The position numbers and the translations under genes were made by a program. The notes below the pieces were generated by a model that searched no databases, was not told where the DNA came from, and saw only the letters and a list, made by a program, of their open reading frames with translations. This document shows positions 1-9,827 of a DNA stretch of 64,000 nucleotides, piece after piece. This DNA comes from Prevotella sp. (GTDB lineage Bacteria; Bacteroidota; Bacteroidia; Bacteroidales; Bacteroidaceae): positions 16,514-80,513 of the forward strand of contig JAKVJW010000011.1 in NCBI GenBank assembly GCA_022486815.1, in the 5' to 3' direction. The stretch's first letter is position 1. Each line of letters begins with the position of its first letter.

Positions 1-33
1 AAGGATACCGATGATCATGCTATTTCGTTTCAT
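1..33 (-). CDS. 5' end of a gene running off the window (MKRNSMIIGIL..., probable signal peptide); likely first gene of a sigma-54-controlled operon
   Basis: ATG at 33 on the minus strand, basic then hydrophobic N-terminus, directly downstream of a sigma-54 promoter. Confidence 0.55.
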   Translation of the reverse strand, partial: MKRNSMIIGIL

Positions 34-63
34 ATTCGTTATTCATAATTCATTATAAGTAAG

Positions 64-78
64 GCAATAGATATGCCA
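64..78 (-). promoter_or_regulatory. Sigma-54 (-24/-12) promoter
   Basis: Minus strand TGGCATATCTATTGC matches TGGCA-N6-TTGC; IHF-like AATCAGAAGGTTA at 98-110. Confidence 0.75.
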
Positions 79-132
79 AAATAGTTATAGCGCTTATAAT
101 CAGAAGGTTATATTTTATCCTTAAAAAGTAAG

Positions 133-172
133 GTGTCCAAATATTAGACACTGCTGTCTAATATTTGGACAC
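133..172. promoter_or_regulatory. Candidate enhancer (UAS) for a bEBP: perfect 18-bp inverted repeat built from two TGTC-N9-GACA sites
   Basis: gtgtccaaatattagaca-ctgc-tgtctaatatttggacac, 55-95 bp upstream of the sigma-54 promoter. Confidence 0.65.
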
Positions 173-298
173 TGGTGGTTGATAATTTTAGAAAGATGTG
201 CCCTAAATAAGTGGAAAAACAAGAATATTTAGCATGAGGAACGTGGATAAGTAAAATAAATACGCTATCTTTATGCTCAAATTGTAAAATGTCTTTTT

Positions 299-1234
299 AT
301 GAAAATAGCTTTACAGAGAATTTTACTGTTTATTACAGTCCTTGCAGGCCTTGGATCATGTGCTCATAGGGGAATAGAGAAAACAAGCATTTATGCCAAT
401 ACCAAAGGGGCTTCTGATGTGGACACTATTGCGGATGTTCCTTATAAAACGGTGGATGACAGCATGTTGAGGCTTGATATCTATTCTTTGAAAAATGATA
501 CCACTACCCAACGACCAGTACTCGTCTACATTCATGGTGGCAGTTGGATAGGTGGTAATAAGTCATGGATATGGAGTAATTATCGGCAGGCTCTTACAGA
601 ATCTTTCCTGCGTGCACACTATACGGTTATATCCATTGACTATCGGCTGGCTGATGGTAAACGCCGGAATGTTTCTACGGAACTGACTGATTGCCGGGAT
701 GCACTGGCCTGGATTTACCGACATGCCTATAAATATCATCTTGACATTCACCGTATGGGGTTATGGGGTACCTCTGCCGGGGCACATCTGTCATTGGTGA
801 TAGGAAGTGAACCTGAAGACTCTGTACGGGTTCGTTTTATTCTGGATGATTATGGACCGACTGATCTGAACCGCCTTTTCCGTACGGATCTTTCTCCTTT
901 TTCCGTGTCTTTAGTGAAGATCGTAAAGCCTGGTCTGGTACATGAACGGGAATTGATGCTGCGGATCTTTCCGAATGACAATACGACTCGTTTGTCTCCA
1001 ATTAATAGAATACATAAGGACATGCCGCCAGTCTTAATCTCTCACGGTGATGCTGATAAACTTGTTCCTGTAAAACAGGCATACGAATTGGAAAAACAAT
1101 TGAAAGCGAATAATATACCCTATCTTCTTCGTATTTATCATGGTGAGAAACATGGGTTGAGGACACTGACAATACCTCAAGTTAGTGATTTGACAAAGTG
1201 TGCACTGTCTTTTGCTGCTCGTTATAACCGATAA
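299..1234 (+). CDS. Alpha/beta hydrolase (HSL/BD-FAE-like esterase), probable lipoprotein
   Basis: HGGSW oxyanion motif, GTSAG nucleophile elbow, HGDAD and C-terminal His; lipobox LGSC. Confidence 0.85.
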   Translation: MKIALQRILLFITVLAGLGSCAHRGIEKTSIYANTKGASDVDTIADVPYKTVDDSMLRLDIYSLKNDTTTQRPVLVYIHGGSWIGGNKSWIWSNYRQALTESFLRAHYTVISIDYRLADGKRRNVSTELTDCRDALAWIYRHAYKYHLDIHRMGLWGTSAGAHLSLVIGSEPEDSVRVRFILDDYGPTDLNRLFRTDLSPFSVSLVKIVKPGLVHERELMLRIFPNDNTTRLSPINRIHKDMPPVLISHGDADKLVPVKQAYELEKQLKANNIPYLLRIYHGEKHGLRTLTIPQVSDLTKCALSFAARYNR

Positions 1235-1266
1235 TTGTTCTTTATAAATTTTCTACGTGATCGCTT

Positions 1267-1776
1267 ATGAAACGGAATATAGTTCTTGCCGTCGTTGCCA
1301 TTCTTCTGTTGGCTCTTTATTCAGGAGCAGCGGTATTACTTTTCCTGTTGGTTCTTCCATTAGCCTATCTTTTCCTGAAACAAAAGGAAAAGAGAGAACA
1401 GAAAGAAAAGGTAGATGGGGAACTGTCTGGAAGTGTTTTGGAACAATACACTTCACTTGAAGCTATTGTTGCTGAATATGGTGAACCGGATGACAATGTG
1501 GTAATCAATGCTTCGAAAGCTAATGAACCTGCTGGCATTATCTTGATTTATGCTAAGAAAGGCTTTATGATTGTTGATGGGGAGAAAATCAGCATGGCTG
1601 ACATCATTGACGTGAGTGCCAAAAATATGGCTACACCTTATACAATAGGTGAGTATCAGATTATTTTTACTACTGGTATCAAGGGACGTGAACTGATTCG
1701 GATCAATGCCGGATATGATGCTAGATGGGCAGGTGATGCTGTGGGACAGATTCATAGATATCTCTGTCAAAAATGA
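1267..1776 (+). CDS. Hypothetical membrane-anchored protein
   Basis: 169-aa ORF with hydrophobic N-terminal segment, co-oriented with neighbours. Confidence 0.7.
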   Translation: MKRNIVLAVVAILLLALYSGAAVLLFLLVLPLAYLFLKQKEKREQKEKVDGELSGSVLEQYTSLEAIVAEYGEPDDNVVINASKANEPAGIILIYAKKGFMIVDGEKISMADIIDVSAKNMATPYTIGEYQIIFTTGIKGRELIRINAGYDARWAGDAVGQIHRYLCQK

Positions 1777-1889
1777 TGGTATAGTTCGTTTTGATTCCTG
1801 ATCTCTGAAGAAGAATTGTCTATAAGTGATCTCTAGATTTGGCAATTCAGAGAGTTTATGCTATATTTGCAGATATAGAATTATAGAAT

Positions 1890-3215
1890 ATGGCCAAACA
1901 AGGAACCCTGCTTGTTGTAGATGATAACCGAAATATCCTGACTACTGTTAGTATTTTACTTGAAGATACCTTCCAGACTGTTATCACTATTAGCAATCCT
2001 AATTTAATTCCGGCAAAATTGCGTGAAGAGAAACCGGATGTGGTATTGCTTGATATGAATTTTTCCACTGGTATTAATAATGGTAATGAAGGATTATACT
2101 GGTTAAGAGAAATCAAGCGTATGAACACTCAGACCCAGGTGGTGCTTTTTACCGCGTATGCTGATATACAACTTGCTGTAAAAGGAATCAAGGAAGGTGC
2201 TGCCGATTTCATTGTTAAACCTTTTGACAATGAGAAAATGCTAAAGACATTGAGAGAAGCTCGTTCTAGAAATCATCGAAAGACTAGCGAATTGAAATCT
2301 GGCGGAATGTTCTGGGGACATAGTAATCCTATGCAGGAGTTGAGGCTGATGGTGGAGAAGGTAGCCCCAACGGATGCTAATATTCTGATTACAGGTGAAA
2401 ACGGAACGGGGAAAGAGGTCTTGGCTAACGAGATACATCATTGGTCTAACCGTTCTAAAGCCAAAATGCTGCCTATTGATATGGGTGCGATTACAGAGAC
2501 CTTGTTTGAGAGTGAACTGTTCGGCTATGTGAAGGGGGCTTTTACTGATGCAAAAGCCGATCGGGCGGGGAAGTTTGAACTGGCTGAGGGTGGAACGCTT
2601 TTTCTGGATGAGATTGGTAATCTCTCTTATGCTCTTCAGGCAAAACTTCTGACGGCTCTCCAGCGAAGGAGTGTCGTGCGTGTCGGTGGTTCTACTCGTA
2701 TTCCGATAGATGTGAGGTTGATCTGTGCTACGAACAAAAATCTGAAAGAAATGGTGCAGACGGGTGAGTTTCGTGAAGATCTTCTCTATCGTATCAATAC
2801 TATCCATTTGCATTTGCCTCCTTTGAGGCAGCGTAGAGAAGATATCGTTCCCTTGGCCTGCCTGTTCCTGAAAAAATATGGCGGAATTTATGGTAAAGAA
2901 AATTTGTCTTTAGATCCGGATGCTGAACGAAGATTAAAGGAAATGCCTTGGTATGGAAATATTAGGGAACTGGAACATGCTGTCGAGAAGGCTGTAATCT
3001 TGTCAGATGGACCTCAAATCCACGGAGAAGACATTGAAGGCAGTGATATTCATTCAAATGAGCCCTTGGAAACGGCGCAGACTCTGGATGAGATGGAACA
3101 GCAACTTATACGGAAAACGATTCAGGAATGTGAGGGAAATCTGTCGGTCGTAGCGTCTCGATTGGGCATATCTCGCCAGACGCTATATAATAAAATCAAA
3201 AGATACGGTTTATGA
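1890..3215 (+). CDS. NtrC-family sigma-54-dependent response regulator
   Basis: Receiver domain (VVDD, LLDMN, KP), Walker A GENGTGKE, GAFTDA loop, FLDEIG, C-terminal Fis-type HTH. Confidence 0.95.
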   Translation: MAKQGTLLVVDDNRNILTTVSILLEDTFQTVITISNPNLIPAKLREEKPDVVLLDMNFSTGINNGNEGLYWLREIKRMNTQTQVVLFTAYADIQLAVKGIKEGAADFIVKPFDNEKMLKTLREARSRNHRKTSELKSGGMFWGHSNPMQELRLMVEKVAPTDANILITGENGTGKEVLANEIHHWSNRSKAKMLPIDMGAITETLFESELFGYVKGAFTDAKADRAGKFELAEGGTLFLDEIGNLSYALQAKLLTALQRRSVVRVGGSTRIPIDVRLICATNKNLKEMVQTGEFREDLLYRINTIHLHLPPLRQRREDIVPLACLFLKKYGGIYGKENLSLDPDAERRLKEMPWYGNIRELEHAVEKAVILSDGPQIHGEDIEGSDIHSNEPLETAQTLDEMEQQLIRKTIQECEGNLSVVASRLGISRQTLYNKIKRYGL

Positions 3216-4432
3216 GTTCCTTGATGATAGCAGTTATTGTTGGAACGATCCTTCTGCTCGTGCTTGGCTATATACGTTTATATCGTCATTATCGCCGGAA
3301 TATACGTAAGGTGGCTTTCATGTTTGATGCCATGGATAATGTCGACTATACATTCCAGTTTCCGGTAAATAAAGTCTCACGTGATGATAAGGTCCTTAAT
3401 TCTGCTCTTAACCGGATCAAGCGGATCATGGAAAATGCGCGCAGTGAGACTATGGAACGCGAAAAATACTATGAGCGGATTATCAATTCAGTTGATACTG
3501 GTATTCTTGTAGTAGATGAGCGAGGGAACGTAAGACAGTACAATGATGCGGCTATGAGACTGATTGGAGTTTCAGCGTTGACACATATTGACCAACTGAA
3601 GCGTATCAGTAATGGACTTTACCGTCAGATTCGGGATATTTTGCCTGGAGAAAAAAGTCAGGTGTCTTTCAGCAATGAACGCGAAGAATGCCACCTTTCT
3701 CTTCGTGCTTCTCATACTTTACTGAAAGGATGCAAGGTCCGGCTGGTGACAATCAGTGATATCAATATAGAGTTGGATGACAATGAGATGGATTCGTGGA
3801 TTAAGTTGATTCGGGTACTTACGCATGAGATCATGAATACCGTAACACCGATTACTTCTCTTAGTGAAACTCTTTTCAAGAAGGCTGATGGAGAAATGCG
3901 TGATGGTCTGGAAGTGATTCACAAGACGAGCCGGGAGTTGATTGCCTTCGTGGAAAATTATCGAAAATTCACCCATGTGCCAACACCGGTTCCCTCCTTA
4001 TTTTATATAAAGCCTTTCCTGGAAAGAATGGTGCGACTTGCAGAACAACAAACCACTGGAAAAGAAATTGTTATTGATAGAGATGCCTTTCCTGATGATT
4101 TGATACTTTATGCCGATGAGAGTTTAGTTGGACATGTGGTCACCAACTTACTCAAGAATGCTATTCAGGCATTGGATGCAGGTGGAAAGATCACGATAAA
4201 GGCTTACTGTAATGAAAGTGAGGCAGTTATTATTGATATTTCTGATAATGGTCCGATGATACCTGAGGATGTGGCACAGCATATCTTCGTGCCGTTTTTT
4301 ACAACTAAGAAAGAAGGGAGTGGCATTGGATTACCTGTTTCTAAACAGATTATGCGTCTTAGTGGTGGAACTCTTATGCTTAAAAGTGATAAGAATCAAG
4401 GATTGACAACCTTCTCTATGGTTTTTTATTGA
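3212..4432 (+). CDS. PAS-containing sensor histidine kinase
   Basis: HEIMN H-box, NLLKNA, DNG, FFTTK, GSGIGL; ATGA overlap with the regulator. Confidence 0.93.
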   Translation: MSSLMIAVIVGTILLLVLGYIRLYRHYRRNIRKVAFMFDAMDNVDYTFQFPVNKVSRDDKVLNSALNRIKRIMENARSETMEREKYYERIINSVDTGILVVDERGNVRQYNDAAMRLIGVSALTHIDQLKRISNGLYRQIRDILPGEKSQVSFSNEREECHLSLRASHTLLKGCKVRLVTISDINIELDDNEMDSWIKLIRVLTHEIMNTVTPITSLSETLFKKADGEMRDGLEVIHKTSRELIAFVENYRKFTHVPTPVPSLFYIKPFLERMVRLAEQQTTGKEIVIDRDAFPDDLILYADESLVGHVVTNLLKNAIQALDAGGKITIKAYCNESEAVIIDISDNGPMIPEDVAQHIFVPFFTTKKEGSGIGLPVSKQIMRLSGGTLMLKSDKNQGLTTFSMVFY

Positions 4433-4456
4433 TAAAAAAATTTGGTATACAGACAT

Positions 4457-4490
4457 GAAAAAAGCAAGCCATTTTTGGCTTGCTTTCTTT
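4457..4490. terminator. Bidirectional intrinsic terminator
   Basis: aaagcaagcca-tttt-tggcttgcttt between convergent genes. Confidence 0.85.
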
Positions 4491-4505
4491 ATAAATTGAC
4501 CTAAA

Positions 4506-5516
4506 TTACAAATTTGGGTTTACTTTGTGCCAGTCTTTCACTTCAGGGAGAACGCCCATCTTGATGACCTGATCACGAAGACCTTCCAGATGCTCATAAC
4601 TTGCATCCAGTGTCTTAAATTCATCTTCAGTACCCAGGACAGGTTTCTGATAGATGCCATCAGATGTAATACGTGTAGGCATGGCCATCATTACATGAGC
4701 ATAGCGGGAAGTATCAGCGTATGAACCTGCAGGATAGTTGAATTCTTCACCACCCATGGCTGCTTCAATCATCTTGACAGCGAGGTAAGCAGGACTCTGG
4801 AAAGAAGAACGGCGACGAAGTTCGATGATCTTTGCACCACCCTTTGTTACTTCTACCTGCATCTCTTTCCATTCGTCAGGAGTCAGGCCTTTACCATTGA
4901 CTTTAGCCTTGCCAGCAATAACATCCAGTAATTTGACGCCTTTGACAGTTGTAGGTGAAGCGAAGACAGCCATCTTCTCACCATGACCACCGTATGTATA
5001 AGCATTCTTAACTTCTGCTTGGCTTACTCCGAAGTGTTTAGCCAGAGCACCCTTCAGACGTGTAGAGTCGAGAGCTGCAAGTGTAGCTACCTGATTTGGC
5101 TTCAAACCAGAATGTACCAAGGTTACCAGACCGGTAATATCAGCAGGGTTGAAGATAACTACACAGAACTTGGCATCCGGGCAGAATTTCTTGATATTGT
5201 CACCTAACTCTTTTGCAGCTTTGGAGTTGCCATCCAGAAGGTCTTCACGAGTCATACCCTGTTTACGTGGAGCACCACCTGAAGAGATAATATACTTAGC
5301 ACCGGTGAAGGCTTCCTTAGGGTCAGTAGTAGAAACGATATTTACATCATCGAAGCCACTCTGACGCATTTCCTCAGCAACACCTTCAGCTGAGAATACA
5401 TCATAAAGACAAATGTTAGGAGTCAAATGCAGCATGATAGCTGTTTGAGTCATGTTAGAACCGATCATACCGGCAGCACCGACAATCACGAGTTTGTCAT
5501 TTGTTAAAAAATCCAT
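4506..5516 (-). CDS. mdh: Malate dehydrogenase
   Basis: GAAGMIG Rossmann motif, GAPRKQGMTREDL, NPAD, LDSTR, GGHGE; TATCTTTG promoter at 5606-5613. Confidence 0.93.
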   Translation of the reverse strand: MDFLTNDKLVIVGAAGMIGSNMTQTAIMLHLTPNICLYDVFSAEGVAEEMRQSGFDDVNIVSTTDPKEAFTGAKYIISSGGAPRKQGMTREDLLDGNSKAAKELGDNIKKFCPDAKFCVVIFNPADITGLVTLVHSGLKPNQVATLAALDSTRLKGALAKHFGVSQAEVKNAYTYGGHGEKMAVFASPTTVKGVKLLDVIAGKAKVNGKGLTPDEWKEMQVEVTKGGAKIIELRRRSSFQSPAYLAVKMIEAAMGGEEFNYPAGSYADTSRYAHVMMAMPTRITSDGIYQKPVLGTEDEFKTLDASYEHLEGLRDQVIKMGVLPEVKDWHKVNPNL

Positions 5517-5808
5517 AATTATAAGATATTTAAGATATTTAAAATACTTCCTACATTATCAGAGGCTGTCGCTGATCTTACAACTCCTCTTACCTTAGTC
5601 TATTGCAAAGATAATAAAAAGATAGATAATCTGATATTTATTTTGTGTTTTAATTGTTTTAATTTCTTAAAAAGCTTTCTTTGCAAAGTCTGTTTAACAA
5701 AATACATTGCAAGGATTAAATGAATGATAAAAGAGAATTATCAGTGTTGTAAAAAAGATATTAAAATATTTTGGCACTTACCAGTTTATTTGTTATCTTC
5801 GTAGCAGA

Positions 5809-6555
5809 ATGAAGAAAATCAATCAATGGGCAAATACCCTGATCTTTTTGATGCTGATGATGATGACAGCTTGTGCTCAGAAATACCAAAAGGACACTTT
5901 TACTACTAAAAGTGGAAAGAAGGTCGTGTTGACTGCGATCAAACATGCGAGTATAGAGATCAACTACAATGGAAAGGAGATTGAAGTGGATCCTGTGAGC
6001 GGACTCGAACCTTTAACGGATTACAGTAAATTCCCTAAAGCCGATCTGATTTTAATTACGCATGACCATACCGATCATTTGGACCAAAAAGCAATCTCAT
6101 CATTGTGGAAACCGGGGACGATCCTGATAGCGAATCCGACTTCCGCAAAGAGAATAATGGAGAAGAGTATAGTTATAGGAAACGGCGAACATTTAAATCT
6201 GGGTTCAGATATCCTGATAGATGCAGTTCCTGCATATAACACTACTCTTGGGCATTTGCAGTTTCATCCTAAAGGTCGTGATAATGGTTATGTGCTGACT
6301 CTTGATGGCCTTCGTGTTTATATTGCCGGAGATACTGAAGATATCCCTGAACTGAAAAAACTGAAGAATATAGATATTGCCTTTCTGCCTGTCAATCAAC
6401 CCTTTACGATGACTCCGGTCCAGGCCGCAAAAGCGGCAAGAATAATTCATCCGAAAGTCTTGTTTCCTTATCATTATTCAGAGACAAAGATTGAGCGTGT
6501 TGCACAATTGCTGAAAGGTTCGGGCATAGATGTCAGGATCCGTAATTACCAATAA
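5809..6555 (+). CDS. MBL-fold metallo-hydrolase, exported
   Basis: THDHTDH motif, AGDT, PYHY; signal peptide. Confidence 0.88.
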   Translation: MKKINQWANTLIFLMLMMMTACAQKYQKDTFTTKSGKKVVLTAIKHASIEINYNGKEIEVDPVSGLEPLTDYSKFPKADLILITHDHTDHLDQKAISSLWKPGTILIANPTSAKRIMEKSIVIGNGEHLNLGSDILIDAVPAYNTTLGHLQFHPKGRDNGYVLTLDGLRVYIAGDTEDIPELKKLKNIDIAFLPVNQPFTMTPVQAAKAARIIHPKVLFPYHYSETKIERVAQLLKGSGIDVRIRNYQ

Positions 6556-6642
6556 ATCCCATTTGATTTGTGGAAGTCTTTTCCCAATTTTAGAAGGATG
6601 TTTTGGCGGTACATCTAAGCCGTTTTTCCTAATCTTTGATTT

Positions 6643-7533
6643 ATGATTGATATTCGATTGAAAGTTTTTCGAAGTGTTGCAGAGAACTTGAGTTTTACAA
6701 AAGCTTCTCAGGAATTATTTATCAGTCAGCCTGCTATCAGTAAGCATATTCGTGAATTAGAAAGGGAATATGATACACGTTTGTTTGACCGTATGGGAAA
6801 CAGCATCCGACTTACCGCAGCGGGAAAACTGATGCTGGGCCATGCGAATCGGATACTGGAGGATTATAGAAACTTGGATTACGATATTCGTGCCTTGCAG
6901 CAAAAGACAGAAGGAGAATTACGTATCAGTGCCAGTACGACGATTTCTCAGTATGTGATCCCAAAAATACTGGCTGCCTTTTGCAGACGGTATCCTAAAG
7001 CAAAGGTATCAATGCTGAGTGGTAATTCCCGTGAGATAGAAACAGCCCTTCTAGCTGACAAAATTGATTTGGGAATGGTGGAAGGAGTTATCCGGCAACC
7101 CCAGTTGAAATACATGCCTTTTATGAAAGACCGACTGGTTGCTATTGTAAGATCTGATGGAAAATGGGCACACCAGAATAAAGTTACTATTGAAGAACTG
7201 AGAAAGATTCCTATAGTCCTTCGTGAACAGGGATCGGGTACACTGGATGTCTTTGAAAGGGCATTGCATCAATATAGATTAGGGTTGAATGATCTTCTTG
7301 TTGAGATGTATCTGGGTTCTACAGAAGGTATCAAACAGTTTGTGGAATCTTCTGATTGTATGGGAATTGTAAGTGTCTGTTCTGTAAATGAGGAAATTCT
7401 TAACGGTACATTTAAAGTGATTGAGGTACAGGGGTTGGATTTATCCCGTGAACTGGTGTTTGTAGAGAAGCAAGGAGAGAGTGCGGGACTCCGGAATATT
7501 TTTAAACGGTTTATCCTTCATGGGATTCTTTGA
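6643..7533 (+). CDS. LysR-family regulator, CysL/YeiE subgroup
   Basis: SFTKAS..LFISQPAIS HTH; ASTTI, REQGSGT and GSTEGIK motifs. Confidence 0.9.
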   Translation: MIDIRLKVFRSVAENLSFTKASQELFISQPAISKHIRELEREYDTRLFDRMGNSIRLTAAGKLMLGHANRILEDYRNLDYDIRALQQKTEGELRISASTTISQYVIPKILAAFCRRYPKAKVSMLSGNSREIETALLADKIDLGMVEGVIRQPQLKYMPFMKDRLVAIVRSDGKWAHQNKVTIEELRKIPIVLREQGSGTLDVFERALHQYRLGLNDLLVEMYLGSTEGIKQFVESSDCMGIVSVCSVNEEILNGTFKVIEVQGLDLSRELVFVEKQGESAGLRNIFKRFILHGIL

Positions 7534-7643
7534 GGTTTTTATTCTCTTTAAGTTCATCGTGATTTTTTGACAATGAGACTGGAGAAATTCAAGATTTAAC
7601 CTTCATCCTTTCTCTTCTGAAACATCTATCTTGTAATCACCTT

Positions 7644-7709
7644 ATCACTTTTAATTATAATGCATAAAATAAAGGTATAACCAACTCATCTCTTTTTCTA
7701 TTATCTTTG
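7644..7709 (+). promoter_or_regulatory. Two LysR-type T-N11-A boxes and a Bacteroidetes -7 promoter
   Basis: ATCA-N7-TTAT (7644-7658), ATAA-N7-GTAT (7664-7678), TATCTTTG (7702-7709). Confidence 0.5.
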
Positions 7710-7789
7710 CAGTCATTTACCGGAGATGAAAAGGATTGAACTGTCTGGAAATCTCTGACTGAAAAGTAAGAATTTATAAGAAGACTGTC

Positions 7790-8806
7790 ATGTTATATCG
7801 AAACATTTTTCGCCCTTTATTGTTTACTGTCAATCCTGAGCAATGCCATAGGATGCTGGTAAAAACATTGAAATTTTATGGTCACATCTTTCCCTTAAGG
7901 ATGTTTTACCGGAAATGCTATCACACTTGTAACCCTTTTCATTTTCAAGGTCTGCAGTTTCAGAATCGGGTAGGACTTTCTGCCGGTTTTGATAAAGAGG
8001 CACAGGTGTTTGACCAACTTTCTGATTTTGGCTTTGCTTTTATAGAGATAGGAACAATCACTCCTTCTCCTCAGGAAGGTAATCCTTGTCCGAGAATCTT
8101 TCGGACGCCTGCTGACCAATCCCTGATTTCTCGGACAGGATTCAATAATCCTGGTGTGGAAGTTGTCTTTAAGCGTATTTCCAGAAACAGGAAGCATCCT
8201 TATATATTAGGTGTGAATATTAATAAAGATGCCAACTCTACCGGACAACAGGTCGTAAAAGATTTTGAGAAAGTCTTTGTCCGCCTTTATGAGGTAGCTG
8301 ATTATTTTACAGTCAACTGGGGTAGTATCAGTGCAGAGGAGATGGATATGGTCCTTTCAAGACTGGCAGACCTGCGTAAAAGTTTTCCTATGCATCGTGC
8401 TATCTTCTTGAAATTTCCGGCTGATGTTCCGGAAAAGGTGTTGGATAAGGGCATAGCGATGGCTGAGCATTATGGACTTCAGGGATTTATTGCCACAGGT
8501 CCGACGAAAGGTCGGGATGATTTGAAGGAAACTTCCCCTGTCATGTTACAGCATATCGGTAATGGTCAGGTAAGTGGAAAAGGGATTGGCTTGCGTTCGC
8601 TGAACGTGGTCAAATATCTACATCATCATATCGGAAAAGAGATGCTGGTAATTGGTTCTGGAAATGTAATGACACCTGAAGATGCTAAAAAAATGATTAA
8701 GGCCGGGGCTGATTTGGTGGAGATATATTCTGCCATGATTTATAATGGACCGGGTATCGTGAAAAAAATGAATAAAGGAATTCTTTCAGAAAACAAAATA
8801 CATTGA
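7790..8806 (+). CDS. Class-2 (quinone) dihydroorotate-dehydrogenase-like flavoprotein with a divergent active site
   Basis: SAGFDK, EIGTITP, GNPxPRIFR, GFNNPG, GAxLVEIYS..IYNGP; substrate-binding Asn motifs altered. Confidence 0.85.
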   Translation: MLYRNIFRPLLFTVNPEQCHRMLVKTLKFYGHIFPLRMFYRKCYHTCNPFHFQGLQFQNRVGLSAGFDKEAQVFDQLSDFGFAFIEIGTITPSPQEGNPCPRIFRTPADQSLISRTGFNNPGVEVVFKRISRNRKHPYILGVNINKDANSTGQQVVKDFEKVFVRLYEVADYFTVNWGSISAEEMDMVLSRLADLRKSFPMHRAIFLKFPADVPEKVLDKGIAMAEHYGLQGFIATGPTKGRDDLKETSPVMLQHIGNGQVSGKGIGLRSLNVVKYLHHHIGKEMLVIGSGNVMTPEDAKKMIKAGADLVEIYSAMIYNGPGIVKKMNKGILSENKIH

Positions 8807-8902
8807 TTCTTTTAACTCTGAAATGGATTATGAGAACGATTGGAGTCTGGTGGATATAGGCTGAATATAATAAGTGGAAGAAATATTTATAAGGAGGTAG
8901 TG

Positions 8903-9682
8903 ATGGAAGATGTAATTCAAATTGATTTGTATGGCCAAAATGGAAAAGTAAAATCATTGGGTAATGAAAAGCAATCCGTATTAAGTAATATGCAGGACGC
9001 ACCAGAAGGCAGCCTGTTTTTCTTTCCAGCAAAGTTATCTTCTTCAATAACGGTCATCCAATGTCCGGGAGGTGGTTTTAACCAGATAAACTTATCGTAT
9101 GAAGGACTCGACTTTGCACCTTGGTTTAATGAAAAAGGAGTTAATTTTGCTGTGTTGAAATACCGTTATCCGAGAGGTAAAAGTAAGGTCCTTCTTGAGG
9201 ACATCACGTGTGCGATGGATTTCCTGAGAGAGCAGTATCCGGAGAAATGTGTCAAACTTGGTGTTATGGGGACTTCTATAGGAGGTTATTATGCTGCTAT
9301 TTCTGCTCAATTGCCAGAAGGTAAGCGAAATGATTTTGAGATCCTTCTGTATTCTGTTACCACCATGCAAGATGAACTTACCCATAAGCATTGTCAGGAA
9401 TGTATTCTGGGAGGAGACCATGAATTGGATCACTTGAGAGCACTCTCCCCTCTGGAACATGTTACACCATCCACCTCACCTGCCTTTATCGTGGCCAGTG
9501 CCGATGATCCTGCTGTAAGTCCGCTGAATAGTATCCTGTATGCTGCGGAACTGGAGAAGAACCATGTACCTTTTGCTTTGCATATCTATGAGAACGGTGG
9601 TCATGGGTTCGGATTCAAGGATACTTACCCTCACAAACAGGAATATCTGTCAGAGTTGGAGGCATGGCTGAAAAAACAGTGA
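8903..9682 (+). CDS. Alpha/beta hydrolase (acetyl-esterase-like)
   Basis: CPGGG, GTSIGG, DD..V, GGHGFG; start placed at ATG 8903 behind AAGGAGGT. Confidence 0.82.
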   Translation: MEDVIQIDLYGQNGKVKSLGNEKQSVLSNMQDAPEGSLFFFPAKLSSSITVIQCPGGGFNQINLSYEGLDFAPWFNEKGVNFAVLKYRYPRGKSKVLLEDITCAMDFLREQYPEKCVKLGVMGTSIGGYYAAISAQLPEGKRNDFEILLYSVTTMQDELTHKHCQECILGGDHELDHLRALSPLEHVTPSTSPAFIVASADDPAVSPLNSILYAAELEKNHVPFALHIYENGGHGFGFKDTYPHKQEYLSELEAWLKKQ

Positions 9683-9730
9683 GCAGATTGGTATAAAAAT
9701 GATTCTTCAACAGTAATGTAGTCAAATCTT

Positions 9731-9771
9731 AAAAGAGGTGTAGGAAGCAAATGTTCTTGTACCTCTTTTTT
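9731..9771. terminator. Bidirectional terminator
   Basis: aaaagaggt...acctcttttt between convergent genes. Confidence 0.7.
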
Positions 9772-9827
9772 GTTTTTAGTATTGTCTGTTTATTTCTTAA
9801 TGATGGCCATGGAATAAACTTTTAAAT

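Noticed and set aside
7790-8806. Assigning the symbol pyrD
   Set aside because: Key substrate-binding motifs are altered, so orthologous function is not supported
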